A stretch of 64,000 bases of DNA from Gemmatimonadota bacterium (lineage in GTDB: Bacteria; Gemmatimonadota; Gemmatimonadetes; Longimicrobiales; Gaopeijiaceae): assembly GCA_039589315.1 (NCBI GenBank), contig JBDHHQ010000001.1:103995-167994 (forward strand), written 5' to 3'. The notes under the pieces are model-generated. The model made no database searches. It saw only the letters and a program-made list of their open reading frames with translations, and was not told the DNA's origin. Within the stretch, counting starts at the first letter, position 1. Each line of letters begins with the position of its first letter. Position numbers and translations under genes: made by a program. Shown here piece by piece: positions 60,798 to 64,000 of this stretch.

Positions 60798-60873
60798 GGA
60801 GGGGTGGCAGAGCGGCTAATTGCACCGGTCTTGAAAACCGGCGGTCACGTGGGTTCGAATCCCACCCCCTCCG
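60798..60873 (+). tRNA. tRNA-Ser(UGA) with abnormally short variable region
   Basis: Acceptor GGAGGGG/CCCCTCC, G discriminator, anticodon arm CCGGT-CTTGAAA-ACCGG, T arm GTGGG-TTCGAAT-CCCAC; CCA not encoded. Confidence 0.85.
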
Positions 60874-61190
60874 TTAGCGTAAGGTCAAGGCGAACAACCG
60901 TTTGTGTGGTTTGGTCGCCTCCTGCTTTTTTCCCGAGCGTTCGGGACTCGACCAAACCGTGCCGCGAATGTGCGGTTTGACGCCGTCCTGGCCATGTGCT
61001 GGAAAGCAAGGGGATGCCCTGCGTTTCTTGCTTAAGCCAGAGCATCAGCCCCATCTTGCTACGGTCGGCACGCGGACGGGCTCCCGCTCCCCCCCCAGCG
61101 AGACGACCCACCTACTGCCGTGGCCGGAAGACCTCATTGGGCGTGCCGTTCCGTGAAGCTGTCGGTTCCCCAACCCCGAGAGTCTTCGCC

Positions 61191-63662
61191 ATGGCGTCGT
61201 TCTTCGACCGACTGAAAGTGCTCATCCACGAGATCCACGAACGCCTGTTCTGGCAGGTGTCGGGGATTCTCGTTCTCCTGAACCTCGGTTGTGCCGACGC
61301 TAGTTCACGCCCGTCACTCCTCACGGCGGATATGCCGCTTCACCTCGAGGACCACCTGGACGCCGCCACGGTCGAGGGCAGCGAGGTGTCGGCGGACCTG
61401 TTCCAGCCCGTCGAGTGGCACTTCGACGAACCACAGCCAGGCTGGAAGGCCACTCCCCCTGAACCGCTCCCAGCACCCCGTCCGGCCACGGTCTCTCAAA
61501 CAGAGGATGCACTACGGATCACCCTGGGACCCTCGACACTTATCCCGAATGGCGAGCTGGTAGTAGGGGGTGTGTACGTCGATGTCCCGGAGTGGGATCA
61601 CAGGGCTTGGGCCCATGCGGTGGTCCGGACGCGAAGCTCGGGTCCGGGCAACATCGAACTCGCATTCAACGTGTGGGACCCGGAGCGACTTCCCGATGAG
61701 GAGTCGGCGGATCTTTGGGAGATGAACGGGGAAGGGTTCTCTCTGCTGGCGGGCAACGGCACGGTACAGACGCACCAGCTGCTTTTACGCCCCCGACACC
61801 CTTGGGAAGGTCTTATACAGCAGTTCGGTGTGAACATCTGGGCCGACGACCCCATTGACGTCGAAATCCTCTCGATCACCGTCGTGCCTCAGGCAGCCTT
61901 GTATGCCGATCGCTCCGGGATCACGACCGTCCGATTGGGCGATCGGATCCAGAGCGCGATTTGGGGGCACGCGCCCGGCCGATTGGAGTATCGGATCAGT
62001 GTGCCCGAAGGGCCTCGCCTCGACCTCGCATTCGGGCTTTTTCGTGAAGACCAGCCGGTCACGTTCCGGGTGGACGTGGCGCCGTCTGGCGGTGCCTCCG
62101 AGGCGCTGCTCGAGGAGATCCTGACAGATCCGAGCTCCTGGATTCAGCACACCCTGGATCTGTCAGCGTACGCAGGCCAGCAGGTCACCATCGGTCTGGA
62201 GATGGAGGCCGACTCTGCAGGTGCCGTGGGGTTCTGGGGAGCTCCGACGCTGTCGGGCTCACGGACCTCCGGCAAGCCCAACGTCATCTTCTACGTCATC
62301 GACGCCGCCGGCGCCGACTGGATGAGCCTGTACGGGTACAATCTGCGAACCACTCCCTTTCTCGAGCGTCTTGCCGGGGAGGCCGTGGTATTTGAGAACG
62401 CGTACAGCAACGCCACGTCGACCCCCCTGTCTACTCCCTCCTACATGACCTCCCTGCTCTATAGCGCGATCGACCGCTTCCGCTCGTACTATGACAAGAT
62501 CCCGGACGGCGTGACGACGATGGCCCAGCACTTTGGCACCGGCGGCTACCAGACCGGCGTGTTCGTCTCGAACCCCTTCGCAGCGACTGCCGTGGGCCTC
62601 GAGCGCGGAGTGGACCTGGTCCGTGTGATCGATCCGCCCGTGCCCGCCGTTTCCTCCGAGTACCTGCACCGCGCCTTCTGGGACTGGCGGGAGGCGTATC
62701 CGGGCACCCCCTTCTGGGCACACTTCCAGACGACCGACGTCCACGGACCCCTCCTACCGACGGCCCCGTTTTCCGGGCTCTTCATTACGCCGGAACGAAG
62801 GGCCGACTACGACGAGTGGTTGACGATGGACTCCGAGGACCGTGCCGCAGCCGGTATCACGGGGGAGCAAATCGTCCTCGCGCGGTCGGCCCTCTACTCT
62901 GAGGGGATGGCGCACCAGGACCACCACCTGGAGCGGTTCGTGGCGCGGCTCAAGGCGGAGGGCCGGTGGGAGAACACGATCCTCGTGATCGCGTCCGATC
63001 ACGGGGTTACCGCCGGGACCGGCATTGCCGTGCCCGGTCATCCGAGAGACGCCCCCCACATCCACCCGTTCGCCACGCACGTGCCGCTCATGTTCGTCTG
63101 GCCTGGCCGCATCGTGGGAGGACGGAGGATCCGGGCGCCCGTGTCAATGATCGACGTGCTCCCAACGCTGCTAGACCTGACCGGGCTTCCCCAGCCTGAG
63201 TTACGACAGGGACATTCGCTCGCTCCCCTGCTGCTCGGGCAGGTCACGGAGGCAGAGTGGGAAACCCACCCCTTGTTTGTGGACGTGCTCGTGACCGATC
63301 AGATCTCAGGGGAGCTGGTAGGAAACATCGAGGTGATCGACGGGCGCTGGGGCGCCGCGTTGTGCCTGCGTCCCGACGATCCCGAGGCCGAGGTCCGCGG
63401 CGCGGGGACCGGCGACGGACTGACCGATTGCACGGAGACAGTCCGGGAGCGCCTGCTGGTCTACGATCTCTGGGACGACCCACTGCTGGAGCGTCCGATC
63501 AACGAAGAGCGACCGGATCTGGTGGACCGGTACACAAAGCTCCTCGAGACACAGGTCGAGGTCAACGCGGTGATTCGGGAGCTCATTTCGGGCAGAGGTC
63601 AGTCAGTAGTGCTGCGGCCCGAGGACCTCGAAATACTGCGGAGCCTGGGCTACATCAACTGA
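61191..63662 (+). CDS. Sulfatase-like hydrolase (alkaline phosphatase superfamily) with N-terminal beta-rich domains
   Basis: PNVIFYVID, FENAYS, DVH.P, ASDHG, VPL, IDVLPTLLDL, LRSLGYI. Confidence 0.8.
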   Translation: MASFFDRLKVLIHEIHERLFWQVSGILVLLNLGCADASSRPSLLTADMPLHLEDHLDAATVEGSEVSADLFQPVEWHFDEPQPGWKATPPEPLPAPRPATVSQTEDALRITLGPSTLIPNGELVVGGVYVDVPEWDHRAWAHAVVRTRSSGPGNIELAFNVWDPERLPDEESADLWEMNGEGFSLLAGNGTVQTHQLLLRPRHPWEGLIQQFGVNIWADDPIDVEILSITVVPQAALYADRSGITTVRLGDRIQSAIWGHAPGRLEYRISVPEGPRLDLAFGLFREDQPVTFRVDVAPSGGASEALLEEILTDPSSWIQHTLDLSAYAGQQVTIGLEMEADSAGAVGFWGAPTLSGSRTSGKPNVIFYVIDAAGADWMSLYGYNLRTTPFLERLAGEAVVFENAYSNATSTPLSTPSYMTSLLYSAIDRFRSYYDKIPDGVTTMAQHFGTGGYQTGVFVSNPFAATAVGLERGVDLVRVIDPPVPAVSSEYLHRAFWDWREAYPGTPFWAHFQTTDVHGPLLPTAPFSGLFITPERRADYDEWLTMDSEDRAAAGITGEQIVLARSALYSEGMAHQDHHLERFVARLKAEGRWENTILVIASDHGVTAGTGIAVPGHPRDAPHIHPFATHVPLMFVWPGRIVGGRRIRAPVSMIDVLPTLLDLTGLPQPELRQGHSLAPLLLGQVTEAEWETHPLFVDVLVTDQISGELVGNIEVIDGRWGAALCLRPDDPEAEVRGAGTGDGLTDCTETVRERLLVYDLWDDPLLERPINEERPDLVDRYTKLLETQVEVNAVIRELISGRGQSVVLRPEDLEILRSLGYIN

Positions 63663-63721
63663 GGTGGGATCGAACGTCAACGTCGTGTAGTCCATGATCC
63701 AGCCCTGCGTCATCCTGTCCC

Positions 63722-63843
63722 TTGCCAACCTTTTGCCAACGCCCGCGGCGATCAGACGCAACCAGACGCAAACCCTCGACCCAGCCAAGCCCCGAGAGCC
63801 CCCGTCCCCGCAGCCAGATACAACCAGACGCAACCAGACGCAG
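63722..63843 (+). repeat. Short direct repeats beside the att repeat (arm-type or RDF-like sites)
   Basis: TTGCCAAC x2 (63722, 63733); CAGACGCAA x2 (63753, 63763); 10-bp-period CAACCAGACG array 63811-63843. Confidence 0.7.
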
Positions 63844-63857
63844 AAAACCTGACGGAA

Positions 63858-63912
63858 CTTGAAAACCGGCGGGCGCAAGCCCACGCGGTTCGAATCCCAC
63901 CCCCCTCCGTTA
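63858..63912 (+). repeat. 3' half of tRNA-Ser (attR-like copy) retaining a long variable arm
   Basis: Starts at the anticodon loop; contains GGGC-GCAA-GCCC hairpin and T loop; no 5' half. Confidence 0.85.
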
Positions 63913-64000
63913 TTATGACCCAAGCCGTTCCGAGGTCTTGGGCGAGCACGAGATCAAGACGTTCGAACCCGCGCGCGATCTTAGCAGAAGATCGCGGGAG

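Larger units (their letters stand above)
60830..63912. mobile_element. tRNA-Ser-integrated islet without an integrase, bounded by att-like direct repeats
   Basis: CTTGAAAACCGGCGG...GGTTCGAATCCCACCCCC(C)TCCGTTA at 60830-60876 and 63858-63912. Confidence 0.75.

Noticed and set aside
60798..60873. tRNA-Sec (selC), given selA in the window
   Set aside because: Anticodon is UGA (reads UCA, Ser), not UCA; 7-bp acceptor stem and no long arm
63753..63843. CAACCAGACG repeats as CRISPR or iterons
   Set aside because: Too short, no spacers and no rep gene; better explained as att-arm sites

Overview
GC-rich bacterial chromosome segment. Gene content and order suggest Gemmatimonadota (Longimicrobiales-like); this is an inference, not a database result. 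About 58 kb is mostly core genes: mreD-mrdA-rodA-accD-folC, hisS, proS, lysA, guaA, an OPT transporter, clpB, trxA, rsmI, a DUF4159/DUF4175/TPR envelope operon, a JAB-DinG helicase fusion, valS-selA-gmhB, erpA-nadA, purN-purH, and a complete Na+-NQR operon with apbE and nqrM preceded by a Rex-like box. The last ~6 kb is an accessory, partly decayed zone: a frameshifted CBS gene, a VapBC pair followed by an attC-like site, an HNH relic bracketed by two identical palindromes, and a tRNA-Ser(UGA) lacking its long variable arm whose 3' half is repeated 3 kb later around a sulfatase-like gene. The best candidates for undescribed biology are a structured leader RNA upstream of erpA-nadA, a His-rich secreted protein/CX4CH cytochrome/beta-barrel cluster, the HNH-associated palindromes, and dense D-(S/T)-hydrophobic O-glycosylation-like sequons in exported proteins. 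All calls come from reading motifs by eye; start codons were chosen manually.
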